Below, one piece after another: positions 62,239 through 64,000 of a DNA stretch of 64,000 nt; within the stretch, counting starts at the first letter, position 1, and each line of letters starts with the position of its first letter. Location: positions 87,884,035 to 87,948,034 of the forward strand of contig NC_068990.1 in the NCBI RefSeq assembly GCF_001194135.2. The letters are read 5' to 3'. The stretch comes from Octopus bimaculoides. Its lineage: Eukaryota. The notes beneath the pieces were generated by a model. That model did not search any database, had not been told where the DNA came from, and was given only the letters and a program-made list of their open reading frames with translations. The position numbers and the translations under genes are program-made.

Positions 62239-62279
<41 letters not shown>

Positions 62280-63865
62280 ATGCATATATATCTGTGTATA
62301 TGTATATATGTATGTATATATGCATGTATATATATATGTGTATGTATGCATGTATCTATGTATATATATATATGTGTGTGTATATATATATGTATGTGTA
62401 TATATATATGTGTGTGTGTGTGTGTATTCATTTATTTATTCAATGTCAGTTATTCCATACTAGCCTGGACTGGACAAATATACACACATATATGATCGTA
62501 CACACACGCAACACATAGGATGCATGTGTGTGTGACATTCCATATAAACTAATCAAAGATTTAGCCATGAGTAAATTCGATAACATTACAGCACTCAAAA
62601 CTTCAACATCTTACAATTGAGTTATCACCTCCTGAGGTGTCACACAACTCATTAAACACACCACAATATTTCTCTTTTATCCTCCTTACTTTCCCTTTCT
62701 GTCTTTAAAGACATCTCCATTATCTTAATTTTTGAAAGACAATCTCTGCTTCTGTAATTATTTCTTAGCTTATCAACAAAATGAAGCAATTAAGAATGCC
62801 AACTTCAACGCAAAAACTAAAATCTCCTATGACCTAAAGCCAACCTACACAGCTTTGGGAAAGTCGTTTCGGCCATATTGTTTAAAGAAAAAAATATGTC
62901 ACAATTAAAAAGGTTATGTTAAGGTTTTCTGAATAATTGATGTTCAATGTTTTCTTAGTTAAAATTTTGTTGTTTATGAGAAGCCATCATTAGTTTACAA
63001 TAGAAATGGGAAAGTAATAAAAGCTACTTAACAAATAAAGCAGAGTTGGAGAAAATGATGTTTATGCAACATTTAGTGGCTCATTTAAGGCTTGTTAATG
63101 TGAAATACCGAAAAAAATTAAATTTTTCTTCCTTGTTTTATTGTTAACAGACTTCTATTACATGACATTACTATATTTAAGGTTTAAATATTTCCATTTT
63201 GAATTCTGAATCATAAATATGGGAGAGGGTGAGGAGATGAATTTTGGTTTTGATTTTAAGTTTCAGTATTGTGTATTTAAACTAAAAAAATGTTGCAGAA
63301 GAAACTTTCAATTACATTTCTGTTTGAAATTTGTGATTTATGGAACTGAAATGTTTCTACTGAACAAACAACTTTTGCTTTATATCAGCAATATACTATT
63401 TTACTGTTTCTTCCAATTACTTCTGCAACATGAAGAATATTCTTGACGAAGACACCTGCAGTCAAGAATATTACCTTTGTCAAATCATTGCCTAATTTAT
63501 TTCAATATTTTTTCTGCTTCTCTGCGAACAATTATTTCTGTGCTGTTTGCTGTGAAGTGTTTTCTTTCTTTGTCATCTTTCCTTAACAATAGTATACAAT
63601 AGTTTTGTATCCAGAGATTCATTATTCTATACAATAATTTTGTAATCTAATATTTTTGATAATCAAATAAAATATGGCTTTATGTATCTTTTTAGATATT
63701 ATACAAACACACACATATGTTGTACATACATGTACATGTACAAATACATAGATACATATATATATAAATATATNNNNNNNNNNNNNNNNNNNNNNNNNNN
63801 NNNNNNNNNNNNNNNNNNNNNNNNNNNNNNNNNNNNNNNNNNNNNNNNNNNNNNNTATATATATT

Positions 63866-63897
<32 letters not shown>

Positions 63898-64000
63898 TGA
63901 ATGTCTGTTTTCCATACCAACATGGGGTTGGAAAGCTTGACAGGAACTGGTAAGGCCAGGAGCCACACCAAGTTCCATAGTTTGTTTTGGCTTGGTTTCT

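Overview
This is AT-rich, microsatellite-saturated animal genomic DNA with many N gaps. The repeat families look like those of octopus (coleoid cephalopod); that is my recognition, not a database result. The only host coding sequence I can support is exon 1 (4490-4772, + strand, 283 nt) of a TASK-subfamily two-pore-domain K+ channel (KCNK3/KCNK9/sup-9 group). The exon ends at a phase-1 GTAAGT donor inside the first selectivity-filter glycine. I found no exon 2 (G|YGH...), so 4773-64000 appears to be one intron of more than 59 kb. It is packed with tRNA-derived SINEs, RTE LINE relics and tails, three different RLE/R4-type LINE relics, and DNA transposon relics (maT/DD37D-like, mariner, hAT, piggyBac MITE, Helentron-like HINE). 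It also holds a Penelope-type fragment carrying a minimal hammerhead ribozyme motif. The most interesting signal is a candidate exon-intron editing duplex: intron 4849-4870 can pair with the pore-helix codons and leaves a single A.C mismatch at the first base of the Thr88 codon, which predicts an ADAR T88A recoding at a known K2P gating position. Almost all other ORFs in the supplied track are microsatellite or gap artefacts. Repeat boundaries are read by eye and are approximate unless a TSD or TIR fixes them.
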